Below are positions 1-10,274 of a DNA stretch of 64,000 bases, one piece after another. This stretch comes from a virus. Below the pieces are notes generated by a model that did not search any database, was not told the DNA's origin, and was given only the letters and a program-made list of their open reading frames with translations. The translations under genes were made by a program, and so were the position numbers. The stretch is taken from IMG/VR virus record IMGVR_UViG_3300044946_000048, positions 1 through 64,000 of that record; one strand, given 5' to 3'. Numbering within the stretch: position 1 is the stretch's first letter; each line of letters begins with the position of its first letter.

Positions 1-126
1 CGCCCCCACTCTAATCCCAACAACTAAAAGGTGACCTGAGGTTGAAGAAAAATTACCAGAGGTTACCGGATTAGAAGAAATAGAGACGGCAAATCCAAGC
101 AAGCTTTGAACTACGGAAAGAGCCAT
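1..126 (-). CDS. Partial virion/fibre protein (5' end, runs off the window)
   Basis: ATG at 126 after AAGGTGA RBS; MALSVVQ...TSGHLLVVGI resembles the repeated domain of the adjacent 142..2664 protein. Confidence 0.6.
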   Translation of the reverse strand, partial: MALSVVQSLLGFAVSISSNPVTSGNFSSTSGHLLVVGIRVGA

Positions 127-141
127 ACTAAAATCACCTTA

Positions 142-2664
142 TTAAGAGGGAGTAACTGCGTTGCCTTGATAATCCACAAAAAAGACTACCTTACCACTGT
201 TTTGAATAATTTTAATTACGTTTAATAAAGTCGGGTTAGGGAGCGCCTGGGCAAAGGTCGAACCAAAAAACCTCGCTAACAAAGCCTTGGAAGTCGGGGC
301 CAGAGGGTTATTATTCGAGTTTCCTAAACTATCTAAATTCCAAATAACTGAACCACCCTCGTCTACTACTTGAAGCAAATCTAAGTTACTTGGATTATAG
401 AAAGCTGTTACGATGCTTGTTCCCTGATATGACCCTATGAGCGACTGCAATGTCGCAACATTAGGACTGGGAGGAACGAATGAGCTTTTAAAAGCCGCAA
501 CTAAGATTCCCCAACCACCACTGGGTGCCTGCGTAAAAGCGGGAGTCACGGGATTTGTCGAGTTCTCGAAATTATAAATAGCTGAGTAGTTTGTTCCTAT
601 GCCCGCCGCATTTCCCCAACCATAATTTCCATAAATCTTTGCGCTGGCTGCGCTGATTCCGAAACCTATAACTAGTTCATTAGAGGTAGACGGAATTATA
701 GCTTGAGAAAGAGATGTTCCGGTTCCCGTAGTTTGAGATGAACTGTCAAACGGTGTTGCTGAGTTGCCGGAGAACTCTAAAACTTCTATATTGGCGAAAG
801 AGCGGCTGCCGAAATTAACCGTTGTATTTCCTGATGCGTTTGCTACGGCCCAATACGCAGCTAAACTTCCGTAACCTCCTACTACAGTACTACCTATTTG
901 AGTCCAGGTATTGTTGAGGGTGTCTGTCGGAGCCTGAATAGTGTTTGAAGTAATCCACGCTATTAAGAGATTACCCTTCGTAACCGGATAACCATAAACA
1001 ACATCATTTGGATTAGTGCTAATAAAAGTCAAACCATTATTTGCTTCTTGAACCAATGTCCAAATAGGAGCCGAGGAACTAGCGACGTTTCCCGCCTGGA
1101 AGTGCGATATTTGCGTATCTGATTGAGCTAGCCCGGATATCGTCAACCCCGGAGCACCAACTAGAGTAGGCGCTACGTAATTTCCGATCAGGGTGCCATT
1201 GTGCAGAACATAAAATACACTGTTCAAACAAGCCAATCGAAATACGTCCCCGGTAGAAAATGAAACATTATTAGCACGCCACAGATTTTGTAAAGACACC
1301 GAACCAACACTGATACCTTCCATGTTGATGGTGCCGTCGCCATTATTTATGACATGTATAAAATTTTTGAAATCGTCGATTACGCCACTGCCGATAGATG
1401 TTTGCACATGTAACCAGAGATGCGCAAAATTGGTGGAGTTTAACGAGTCTAAGCGTATCTCTCCCCACTGGTTGAAACCGAAAGTTACTCCAGTATATAC
1501 TTCAACTCCTTGGGCATAAAAAGGTCCTGCAAAATCGTTGTAGATGGTTCCTGAATCTATGACACCTTCATTGCTTACAATCGCTATGCCAGGATCGAAC
1601 GGCGGAACTGGCAAACCGTCTATCGACCACACGGTTGGATTCAGTGGATACTCGTTAGTTCTTTGAAGCGTGTCAGCAGCTGTGGTAGTAAAAATTAAAG
1701 ACGTGCTAACAGATAATGGAGTAAAATTATTTCCGCTAGAATTACCCCCATTTATCGTCACGACTTGAGTTCGTGGAGACGCAAAAATTACTCCAACCAA
1801 TTGCGGTTGAATAGTATACGAGTCATTTTCTAGACCCGGAGAAACATAATTTCCAGAACCATCAGCGGTTGTGGAATAAACGACTCCGGTCGTATTTGAA
1901 TAAAATAAAACTGTAGCTCCAGCAGCCGCACTCCCGAGACTACCTGAGATAGTATAAAGCGTTCCAGGAGCTTTAAATCCTACTGCTATAACCCCCCAAG
2001 TCTCCGACGGAGTAGATAAAAAAGTAGGAGTAAAAGTTCCGGGCGCAGATTCAATTGCATATATAGCTGAAAAACTTATTGACGGTGCTGCCGCATTTGT
2101 CCAACCCGCAGTCTCAACACAAGTATTTGACAAAGCAGTAATCGGAATCCCGATAATCAAATCAGTGGAGCCGCTTACTGTTACAGACTCGGCAGGGGCT
2201 GTACTACTTCCTGTAGTCTGAGAGACCGCGTCAAACGGATTCATGGAGTTGCCGCTAAACTCCATAACCTGACAGGCTGGACTCGTCAAATTTTCTGGCA
2301 CTCCGCCGTTACCAGCTGGAAGATTACGACTCTGCGTATCAAAAAATGTAACAGATAAGTTTCTGGTATTTCTGACTATACAGTACCAAGCTGTAACCGT
2401 TCCGTAACCGCCATTTAAGACGTTTCCCAGAACTCCATTCACAGAGTTAGTAAAATATGCTCCCTGGGCGAACGATGCTGTACCCATTGCTAATGGAACC
2501 CACGCATTGGCTCCGCCATCTACTATAGTCGGCAGTATGGGGCTTGATGCAGATACCCACGCAACGAGAAGATTTCCAGCTGTTACTTTAGACCCTAATG
2601 TTATAGACGGCTGTCCATTTACAAATGATAAATTATGAACCTCTTGAACGAGTGTCAACCCCAT
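142..2664 (-). CDS. Virion fibre/decoration protein with duplicated beta-rich domains
   Basis: S/T/G/N-rich; two copies of an LVQE...GNLL(V/I)AW...EFSGNS domain, an Ig/carboxypeptidase-regulatory-like segment, and a C-terminal module similar to ORF 22982..23368. Confidence 0.6.
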   Translation of the reverse strand: MGLTLVQEVHNLSFVNGQPSITLGSKVTAGNLLVAWVSASSPILPTIVDGGANAWVPLAMGTASFAQGAYFTNSVNGVLGNVLNGGYGTVTAWYCIVRNTRNLSVTFFDTQSRNLPAGNGGVPENLTSPACQVMEFSGNSMNPFDAVSQTTGSSTAPAESVTVSGSTDLIIGIPITALSNTCVETAGWTNAAAPSISFSAIYAIESAPGTFTPTFLSTPSETWGVIAVGFKAPGTLYTISGSLGSAAAGATVLFYSNTTGVVYSTTADGSGNYVSPGLENDSYTIQPQLVGVIFASPRTQVVTINGGNSSGNNFTPLSVSTSLIFTTTAADTLQRTNEYPLNPTVWSIDGLPVPPFDPGIAIVSNEGVIDSGTIYNDFAGPFYAQGVEVYTGVTFGFNQWGEIRLDSLNSTNFAHLWLHVQTSIGSGVIDDFKNFIHVINNGDGTINMEGISVGSVSLQNLWRANNVSFSTGDVFRLACLNSVFYVLHNGTLIGNYVAPTLVGAPGLTISGLAQSDTQISHFQAGNVASSSAPIWTLVQEANNGLTFISTNPNDVVYGYPVTKGNLLIAWITSNTIQAPTDTLNNTWTQIGSTVVGGYGSLAAYWAVANASGNTTVNFGSRSFANIEVLEFSGNSATPFDSSSQTTGTGTSLSQAIIPSTSNELVIGFGISAASAKIYGNYGWGNAAGIGTNYSAIYNFENSTNPVTPAFTQAPSGGWGILVAAFKSSFVPPSPNVATLQSLIGSYQGTSIVTAFYNPSNLDLLQVVDEGGSVIWNLDSLGNSNNNPLAPTSKALLARFFGSTFAQALPNPTLLNVIKIIQNSGKVVFFVDYQGNAVTPS

Positions 2665-5600
2665 TTATTCCTCTGGAGGCTGCTCAATAACGCCGAACAA
2701 AGTCAAAGACAGGACTTCATTCGGGAAATTCTCAGCCGGGAAACTTACCTTGATCTGAAGATGCTCTGCCAACGCAGGCACGCCAGTGTCGCGGAAGTAG
2801 TATGCGTTTGAATACAATGATGTCGGCTGACCTGTAGCACCATAAATCTGCCACGGATACGCCTGTGAATCCGGGAACGTAGTAAACGATCCTGAAATTT
2901 CGTTCAACAAGAACGCACACGTAGGAGATGTTCCGACACGCTTTGCACGAAGATTGGTGAACGTCAATCCGGCAATCTGTCCTGGGTTGGCGACATTCAT
3001 GCTGCCCATCGTGAAATAGCATGTATACGGCAGCAAATTGTCCGTGTACACTGTTCCGGTCTCGTCTCGATAAAGAATGACCTGATTGCCGCTCGGAGTG
3101 TTTCCTGGGTTGGCTACAAGAAGTTGATGAACGCCTCTCGTAGTTTCAATTGACAGTACAGCACCTGCTCCATCAACAATCTCAGCAAACGGACTCCAAA
3201 CCTGGGTTCCGTTCGGAAACTGATACGGGTTCAACCTATACCATCCGTTCGCGCCATCCGCAACATATACAGCATTATCATTTCCAGATTCGTGCACCGT
3301 GACAAATGCTTTTGTCGGATCAAACGTCGCTAGCTTATCTGCAAGTGGTCCGCCCATCCTATTCACACCACCGCTCGGGTCCAGGCTCAAGAACTGTCTG
3401 TCTGCCGAGAACAAATAAATATTAGCTCCGTGCACATCCAAAGCGTTGTAGTGCAACAAGCCTACGCCTGGGATAGCCGGAGTCGGGAAGAACGTATCGA
3501 ACACAGGTCCGCCAAGAATTGCATAAACAGCGTTTGTTAAGAACACGTAGATGCCTGTCGCGGTCGGAACTATCTTCGTTACCGGGCTCGGGAATTCAAA
3601 GAAATCATTCGGATCAAATGACTCGTTTCCGACACCAACTACCGTATCTGGGCCGCCAGAAGCGTAAACGAAATTTCCTACCGCACCCCAGATACGCTCG
3701 AAGTGATATGCCATCGGAAGGAATCCTGCTGGCGGAGGATTATTAGCCTCTGCGATTGGAGCTTCGATAAACTGGTTTATCGCTGTGTCCGGTTGAATGT
3801 CAACAACCGTCTGATACGGAAGCTTGTTAGGAACTTCTGTCAAGAAGAACAACGTGCTTCCGCCGTCAAGGCTTCTCCAAATTACAATCGTATCCACTTG
3901 CGGATCGGTTGAACCCGGAATGTTAAGCGTTACAGCCGCGCCCGGGTTTGCACCCGTAATCGTGTATATCTGTGACGCAGTTGAAATCTGCCCTGACTGC
4001 GATCCTGTAGGTGCACCCAATGCCGACGGCCAATCAGGAGGAGGTGCGTTCCACACCTGCGATGGAAACGCCGGAATTACAGTTCCCGGAAGATAGTTAT
4101 ACTGATCGTTCCCTAGACGAGACTCATAAGAGAAAGCGTATATACGTCCCTTTGTCCAAGACGCTCCAGCCGCACCAGAAGGCCCGACCAAGGCCCACGT
4201 GATCGTTCCCGATCCGCCTTCCACACTGGTCGCTCCAATCGGAGTCGTAGCCCATGTCGGAGGCGTAGATGAATTTGAAATACCAGAGATAATTACAGCC
4301 TGAAGATTGCCATTGCTATCTACGATTATTGAGCCACCGTACGGAACAGCCCCGCTCGGTGGGAACCATCCGGTTGATGGCATGTACCAAGGTGTGTTCG
4401 CAGTCCAAGAAGAAACCGGACCCACACATGTCCAAATTAGCGTTGACCCTGACGTATACAAACTTTCATTAGTTACCGCTCCGTATGTCGTTCCCCATAC
4501 GATACCGGATGAAGCTGTGCCGCTGGATGTTCCACCTGTCGTGCAGACTTGAACGTTTCCGTTCGGGTCTACGAACGCAGAGAACGGCGAACCGTTTGCC
4601 GTCCACGCAGTGTACGCCGTGTTAATCGCACGAGTTGCTACACCTAAACAAACCCACTGACACTGATTATCGTTCGTCAGAGTACCCGGCACGAATGACC
4701 ACGGCGGCTGCGTTGGCGATGATCCTGATGTCTGATTCGATCCCGTGTCGTTTATCTGCCAATAAATGTACGGCAGCGTAGGTGTCGCGGTTCCGCCTTT
4801 GGTTGCATATCCAGCCGGAAAGCCGTTAGCAAATCCCGCAGGTTCTACGATACCAGCCTGACTCTGACTACCACCCTGAAATTTCAAGTACGTGTGAGAC
4901 TGCTGATATTGCTGCGGAGTTTTCAGTGCGCCTATATTGAACCACTTGGCGTTATCTGACCCCGTGTTTGTATCATTAACCTGAGATAGGGGCGCAGATG
5001 TCCAATGCGGAGGAGTGCTTCCGCTCGTACCTGTCCTGTCACTTGCGTTTCCGATGATGAAGCAGCATCCGGTTCCCGGATCATAGATGATGCAAGGATT
5101 TATATCTGTTCCGCCTGCACCGTTTCCAGCATTGTTATAAACCGTGTTCGGAGACCATTCAACAATCGGTCCCCAATTGGTCCAGTTCCATCCACCACTA
5201 TCCGCTGTAACCCCGCCCGGAGTTTGATTCCAAGCTGGCTGACCGTTTCCGGTTGTTCCAATCTGCGTAGTGTTCGGACTTAAGACTGGCTCGGCATTGA
5301 CGCTTACCAACTGAAAAAGATAATTTATTGAAGTCGCGGTATCCAGAACTTCAATTATGCCCATCGTTGAGAATTCGGTGCTAGGAACCCACTGTTGCGC
5401 AGCGGACCCGGTTTCTGTAATGACAACCGGAGGAACACCCGGCGAACCTATTATCTGATACGTCTGCGCAGGATTTGTCAAGTTCTGAGTTGGGGTATAC
5501 CAAGTTGCTGGCTCTGCGATTCCCCAATTGAACGCCTGTCCCTCAGCCGGAGTATCCGGCGGAGCATTAATAACATACTTCAAAAGCTGAACGCCATCTC

Positions 5601-6027
5601 CGTAATAGAGAGTATCCCCCACGCCCTGGTAATATCCGTAGGTTGCTCCACCCTCTTTCGTAAAGATTTGTGTCTGGGTGTTCGGAGTCTGAAGATATGA
5701 TGCAAGCGTGCTGTCCACAACAACCAACGGTCCTTGGTCGAGCGTGTTCCAATCATAAAACCAATTGATTGAGCCTGGAATAGGTATAGCAGACCACTCT
5801 ATCAATCCTGGACGACGGATCAATGTCAATTGATTTGACACTTCCATGTTCTGGCCGTCGAACAACGCATCTGGATATCCACCATACTTTGAATACAACC
5901 AGCTTGCAGTATCGTGAAGCGGACTTCTATTCGTGAACAACCCGGTTTCCATACGAGCTATGTGAATCGGTTTCCCACGGCTCTTATTCCTAGGTTGCGC
6001 TCCGGCTGATTCAAGCAAACCTGCCAT
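2665..6027 (-). CDS. Tail nozzle/stabilisation protein (P22 gp10 / tail tubular B-like) with inserted W-rich repeats
   Basis: 1120 aa; N-terminal NMEVSNQLTLIRRPG-type motif, beta-propeller-like body, repeated PPxW...DGxxxWxC segments; follows the adaptor genes. Confidence 0.6.
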   Translation of the reverse strand: MAGLLESAGAQPRNKSRGKPIHIARMETGLFTNRSPLHDTASWLYSKYGGYPDALFDGQNMEVSNQLTLIRRPGLIEWSAIPIPGSINWFYDWNTLDQGPLVVVDSTLASYLQTPNTQTQIFTKEGGATYGYYQGVGDTLYYGDGVQLLKYVINAPPDTPAEGQAFNWGIAEPATWYTPTQNLTNPAQTYQIIGSPGVPPVVITETGSAAQQWVPSTEFSTMGIIEVLDTATSINYLFQLVSVNAEPVLSPNTTQIGTTGNGQPAWNQTPGGVTADSGGWNWTNWGPIVEWSPNTVYNNAGNGAGGTDINPCIIYDPGTGCCFIIGNASDRTGTSGSTPPHWTSAPLSQVNDTNTGSDNAKWFNIGALKTPQQYQQSHTYLKFQGGSQSQAGIVEPAGFANGFPAGYATKGGTATPTLPYIYWQINDTGSNQTSGSSPTQPPWSFVPGTLTNDNQCQWVCLGVATRAINTAYTAWTANGSPFSAFVDPNGNVQVCTTGGTSSGTASSGIVWGTTYGAVTNESLYTSGSTLIWTCVGPVSSWTANTPWYMPSTGWFPPSGAVPYGGSIIVDSNGNLQAVIISGISNSSTPPTWATTPIGATSVEGGSGTITWALVGPSGAAGASWTKGRIYAFSYESRLGNDQYNYLPGTVIPAFPSQVWNAPPPDWPSALGAPTGSQSGQISTASQIYTITGANPGAAVTLNIPGSTDPQVDTIVIWRSLDGGSTLFFLTEVPNKLPYQTVVDIQPDTAINQFIEAPIAEANNPPPAGFLPMAYHFERIWGAVGNFVYASGGPDTVVGVGNESFDPNDFFEFPSPVTKIVPTATGIYVFLTNAVYAILGGPVFDTFFPTPAIPGVGLLHYNALDVHGANIYLFSADRQFLSLDPSGGVNRMGGPLADKLATFDPTKAFVTVHESGNDNAVYVADGANGWYRLNPYQFPNGTQVWSPFAEIVDGAGAVLSIETTRGVHQLLVANPGNTPSGNQVILYRDETGTVYTDNLLPYTCYFTMGSMNVANPGQIAGLTFTNLRAKRVGTSPTCAFLLNEISGSFTTFPDSQAYPWQIYGATGQPTSLYSNAYYFRDTGVPALAEHLQIKVSFPAENFPNEVLSLTLFGVIEQPPEE

Positions 6028-6758
6028 TATCTACTTCCTTGGGCCTGTTGCCCTTGTTGTGTTCTCAACTTGCTCAGCATCTGTTGCATATCAAACTGTA
6101 AATAACTCTGAGCGAATAAAGCTTTGTCCATCTCGCTCAAACCTTGCGCACGAGCCAATAATCCCGCGACTCCACGAGCGATGTACTGCTGCGCTCTGCC
6201 GTCTTGGCAAGAGTCCATGTAGTATCCCATGACCATGTTGTTGTACACGTCTGAGAACGAATCCGGAATAGGAGACCATGGGCTGTTGAGTGCTAGAAAA
6301 TTACTCGGTGCCTCTTGATAGATCAGGTTCACTTGGTAGATTGCATCCGGCACGGCTGAGAACCTGAGCGTCAAGAATGATGAAGGCTCGTCTGTTCCAC
6401 TGTTGTTAATCTGAACAGCTAGAGACTGCGGACGAGCCTGCTGCGTAGACTTTGCCAAAGGTTCATTGTTCTTAATGTCCTTGATTTCCCATATCTGCCC
6501 TGCGGCGTTTTGAACGGAAGCCTTCTCTAGATACCCGAAATTATATAAATCCGGTTGATAGTCCTGCTGTCCTGCAACGGTTACAACTTGGTCGTCATAG
6601 ATTCGATTCCAAGACCACTGAAACGGGGCTGCCAACATCGTGTTTCGGACGATAGATGCGATACCTATAATCGGCATAAGACTAGCGCCAATTGCCGGGT
6701 TCATGTACCTACAGAAAGGCGAAATGTAGTTGATAGTGTCCTGAAGGGCGTTGCTCAT
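6027..6758 (-). CDS. Head-tail adaptor-like protein
   Basis: APFQWSWN...TVAGQQDY...SPIPD pattern typical of adaptor proteins; gene position. Confidence 0.55.
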   Translation of the reverse strand: MSNALQDTINYISPFCRYMNPAIGASLMPIIGIASIVRNTMLAAPFQWSWNRIYDDQVVTVAGQQDYQPDLYNFGYLEKASVQNAAGQIWEIKDIKNNEPLAKSTQQARPQSLAVQINNSGTDEPSSFLTLRFSAVPDAIYQVNLIYQEAPSNFLALNSPWSPIPDSFSDVYNNMVMGYYMDSCQDGRAQQYIARGVAGLLARAQGLSEMDKALFAQSYLQFDMQQMLSKLRTQQGQQAQGSR

Positions 6759-7183
6759 CTTTTGATCCAGTTATTGAAGACTTTCAAAATCCACTCTTTA
6801 AACTGGTCCTCCGTCTTATCACTCTTAGCCCTATTGCATTGAGTGCAACAGGGTCTACAATTACCTTGTACATAGCCAATGTTAGAATTTACTCTATCTA
6901 TACCGCTTCCTGTTTCAGGAAGGGATTCCTGACAGTAATAACACTTAGAAGAAATTAACTTTTTAAAATCTTCGAATGTTAATGTGACTTCTAACTCCCT
7001 AACTTTAGCTCCCGCTAAGAAAACCCGATAACGAGAATCAGGAGTGCGACGACGTGCCCTATCTCTGATACTGTGCTTTCTCCAACCATTTCGGATATTT
7101 CGACAAGCCTTACACCTTCCAGAATTATCTTTATTTTCCAGGATAAGGACGTGTCCTCGAATGCAAACATCTTTTTTATTCAT
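6755..7183 (-). CDS. HNH homing endonuclease
   Basis: CIRGH...CKAC zinc motif and CYYC...GIDRVNSNIGY...NCRPCCTQCNRAK; probable ATG at 7183. Confidence 0.8.
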   Translation of the reverse strand: MNKKDVCIRGHVLILENKDNSGRCKACRNIRNGWRKHSIRDRARRRTPDSRYRVFLAGAKVRELEVTLTFEDFKKLISSKCYYCQESLPETGSGIDRVNSNIGYVQGNCRPCCTQCNRAKSDKTEDQFKEWILKVFNNWIKR

Positions 7184-7193
7184 GTTTTGCCTT

Positions 7194-8597
7194 TTAGTAC
7201 GGATAATTGTAGGGCCAGGCGGCACCCACGTACTTGTTACGTGCAGTTCCGGCGTTGAACACGTTTCGCTCAAGCGTGAACTGATTCTCTTCGAGTTCGC
7301 GGTCTTGCTTTGCTCGAAGATGAGTCAATGATTCCTTCCATAGAGCCCAATTCTTTTCGAACTTGGCTTGCACGGATGCTAGCGTACTATATCGATAGCA
7401 TTGCGCGATAACTCCGGCTCGGAATTGCGGTTCGTACTTGTCCGGGAACGGAGCTAATGTCTGTGACAACGGATTGTTCGCGAATGCCGCAGGCGGGTTG
7501 CTAAAGTTTGGCGCAGGCTTCTGTCCAACCAGGTTGAACTGCCACACGACTCCAGTCTGTGAAGGAACTGCACCTGGCCCAATACGCATTCCTATTGCGT
7601 TTGGATCGACGCACGTCCAGACAACTGTTCCATCTAATGTCAACGTACCGAATGGAGCATTAGCTGCGGGCCATGTCGGCATAACGAGCCCGCACGTACC
7701 GTAGACTGTTACAACCTGATAATTTCCATTCGGATCGATAATCTGCGTAATCGGGTTTGCAGGCTGTCCTTCAACCGTTGGCTGTGCGACAACGTTGTTA
7801 GAACCACCGATTAATCCACCGTAGACGTATGACCCTGGATTCGTTGTCATTGTTACAGTTACAGTTGGCTGTGAATACGTCGGTGTTATAGTTGGTCCTG
7901 TTGTGCTCACAACCACCCATGATCCATTATATCCGGTTGGATAAACATTGGATACCGTGAAGATACTTCCATTTGTTATTCCAAATGGAAGATAATTCAA
8001 TGTGAACACAGCCTGTCCGCCAGAGGCAGAAGACCATGTTACATTCGTCACCAAGCATCCCAACGGGTTCGTGTAAATTGCTCCTGGTGTCGGATTGTTT
8101 CCCTGTGTAGGTCCGCCAACATTACCCTGACCCCATGTTCCGTAATACAGCATATAGTTCGGGAAAGAGTTTACTTCGAACAAAGGATTCAAGAACCACG
8201 GATTAATATAGGCTCCAGTTGCCTGGCCTAACTGTCTCGCAGTCTCGACATATGTCCACTGCTTTGGAACTGTTGAACTGCTCAAGTTGATAGCGATACC
8301 GCGCTCCAACCATTCTAGTCCATAGAAAGATTGGTTCTGGCCGATGGCAATGCTAGGGTCAACAATCGCATAATCCTGTTGCCATGAGTTTGTATAGAAG
8401 TATGGAACTTGAATTTCGTTCCACTTGTAGGGGAAGGGCTGACCATAAATCTCATTCATCACGTCAGTGAGAATTGTGATGAACGGCTCAAGCTGATAGC
8501 CTGAAACGTTAGACAAAACAGGGCGCACATCTCCTAGGGGCAGCACTTTATCGAGAAGCATTTGTAAGGTTATCGTGGACTGAGAAGAGGTAGCCAT
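7194..8597 (-). CDS. Adaptor/tail-associated structural protein
   Basis: PFPYKWN...QQDY motif shared with 6027..6758, plus an inserted W-rich repeat. Confidence 0.5.
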   Translation of the reverse strand: MATSSQSTITLQMLLDKVLPLGDVRPVLSNVSGYQLEPFITILTDVMNEIYGQPFPYKWNEIQVPYFYTNSWQQDYAIVDPSIAIGQNQSFYGLEWLERGIAINLSSSTVPKQWTYVETARQLGQATGAYINPWFLNPLFEVNSFPNYMLYYGTWGQGNVGGPTQGNNPTPGAIYTNPLGCLVTNVTWSSASGGQAVFTLNYLPFGITNGSIFTVSNVYPTGYNGSWVVVSTTGPTITPTYSQPTVTVTMTTNPGSYVYGGLIGGSNNVVAQPTVEGQPANPITQIIDPNGNYQVVTVYGTCGLVMPTWPAANAPFGTLTLDGTVVWTCVDPNAIGMRIGPGAVPSQTGVVWQFNLVGQKPAPNFSNPPAAFANNPLSQTLAPFPDKYEPQFRAGVIAQCYRYSTLASVQAKFEKNWALWKESLTHLRAKQDRELEENQFTLERNVFNAGTARNKYVGAAWPYNYPY

Positions 8598-8763
8598 AGT
8601 TGAACTCTGGCTACGGAATAGGCGGGGCCAATAGACCTCGCATGTTGCCGTAGTCTACTGGAGATAAGATGTGCTGTTCAGAGTTTACTCCTGTAAAAGA
8701 TGACTCGGAGTTGCATAGAATCCGAGTGTTTACTATCTGCTATGCCAGAGAGCCCTTGCGGGC

Positions 8764-9393
8764 TTAGATTTCTACAGCATGAGGGTTGCTTGCGATTTCT
8801 GGAGGAGTATACTCACGAGCCATCACCACTTCGGATGAAGTTGGCGAATTAGATGACTGCGTTGCCATTCTCTGGGCATCCTTCCATCCGAGACCCGTCC
8901 AGTTCGGGATTTTCTCGCCCCGGCGGATAAAGAATTCAGGAGTATCACTCGGCTTCCATTTTGCGCCGCAAATCAAGCACCTAATATAGGATTCGTTGTT
9001 CACAAACGTGTGGAACGAAACCGCGTAGTCTACTAGATTTACGACCCTTACCTTGCTCTTCTGCCCCTTGAGGTGTGTGCAAATAGACTGTCGCCTACGT
9101 GCGCTCTCTTCGTCATGAGCGGCGTTTCTACGACGCTGCATGTCTCGGGCTTCCAACTGCTTTTTCTTTAGGTCTCTATCCACCATAGCGTCTTGACGCT
9201 CTGCTAGTAATAGTGCGACCAAAGATGTCAACATCTGTGGATCGAACCCTAATGAGTTCGCCACAGGTGCCGTTGCTACGGATGCTGGTGTTGCCAACAC
9301 CTTTTCTGCGATTACGTCCGGTTCTGATACTACTGCTGATGCGACGGGGCCTTTGCCCGCGTGCGCACCAGATAGAGTCTGGTTATCTGCCAT
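8764..9393 (-). CDS. Hypothetical Zn-binding protein (paralog of 63094..63651)
   Basis: CTHLKG...DY...FxFV...CLICGAKW; RBS AGAGG. Confidence 0.6.
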   Translation of the reverse strand: MADNQTLSGAHAGKGPVASAVVSEPDVIAEKVLATPASVATAPVANSLGFDPQMLTSLVALLLAERQDAMVDRDLKKKQLEARDMQRRRNAAHDEESARRRQSICTHLKGQKSKVRVVNLVDYAVSFHTFVNNESYIRCLICGAKWKPSDTPEFFIRRGEKIPNWTGLGWKDAQRMATQSSNSPTSSEVVMAREYTPPEIASNPHAVEI

Positions 9394-9434
9394 GTTCGTT
9401 CCTCTTGCGCTCGGGCACAGCCCTGCGCTATCGG

Positions 9435-10109
9435 CTATGATGCCGTTTGTTGGTCTAACCTATCTTGTTTTCGTTTGTTACGAAACCAATATAAGTCTTG
9501 GCGGAATCTCCAGCTAACGTAACCGTCAACTGGACGACCAACAATCTGATTATCTCTCGCCTCAGAAATTATTCCTTTCTTTATTAGCTCAGCTTCAACT
9601 GTTCGCCAGCCCCTGAACGCTTCACCGTTCGGAAGTCCTCGCTGATCCAGTCGCAGGATAGACCACTCGTACATCGCTGGCGCTTGAAGATAGCACACAG
9701 GAATAACTCGATCTGATCCTGGTTTGAATGCCCACAATCCAACTGTTTGGGGTGGAAATCCCAAATCAATCGAATAACATTTTACTCCGGCGTTTCGTAG
9801 TTTTCGTATGAACTCTCGTGTACTGATAGGATTAACTTTCCGAGCTACTTCATTTAATAGCTCATCCTGTTTCACCATCTTATACCGAGATGCCATAGTC
9901 TCAGAAACTTCTTTATCTGCCAAATACGATTCCGTAGCAAACTGCTTGTAGTCCTTCGGCCAACGAACCCAATTGGGAGTTCCGTCCTTCAGAATTTGTT
10001 TAATTGTATTCTGAGTGACTGCTAAATCGTGTCGCTCTTTCCAGGGATTCGACAGATTTTGCAATGGCATATTCGATGGGTTGTTAATCATTACCATCAC
10101 GGGCCTCAC
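9435..10109 (-). CDS. Hypothetical protein
   Basis: 224-aa ORF colinear with the structural operon; exact start uncertain. Confidence 0.55.
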   Translation of the reverse strand: MRPVMVMINNPSNMPLQNLSNPWKERHDLAVTQNTIKQILKDGTPNWVRWPKDYKQFATESYLADKEVSETMASRYKMVKQDELLNEVARKVNPISTREFIRKLRNAGVKCYSIDLGFPPQTVGLWAFKPGSDRVIPVCYLQAPAMYEWSILRLDQRGLPNGEAFRGWRTVEAELIKKGIISEARDNQIVGRPVDGYVSWRFRQDLYWFRNKRKQDRLDQQTAS

Positions 10110-10182
10110 TAATCTCGATTTCTCTTCGATGTTTCTGCGCTAAAGAAAGATTCCGTCTATGTTCTAGGGTAAATACTAAACC

Positions 10183-10231
10183 CTCTCCTTGAAAGAGTAA
10201 TCTGGGGTGTGTTCAAGGCACACCCCTGATT
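10183..10231 (-). promoter_or_regulatory. Twin-hairpin kissing-loop element (copy 1), upstream of a NUMOD3-like remnant
   Basis: GGGGTGTG-CCTTGAA-CACACCCC followed by CTCT-TTCAAGG-AGAG; the two loops are complementary. Confidence 0.7.
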
Positions 10232-10274
10232 AGTATACCATAGTTCATGAGGCTATGGGAATAGTTATGCCACC

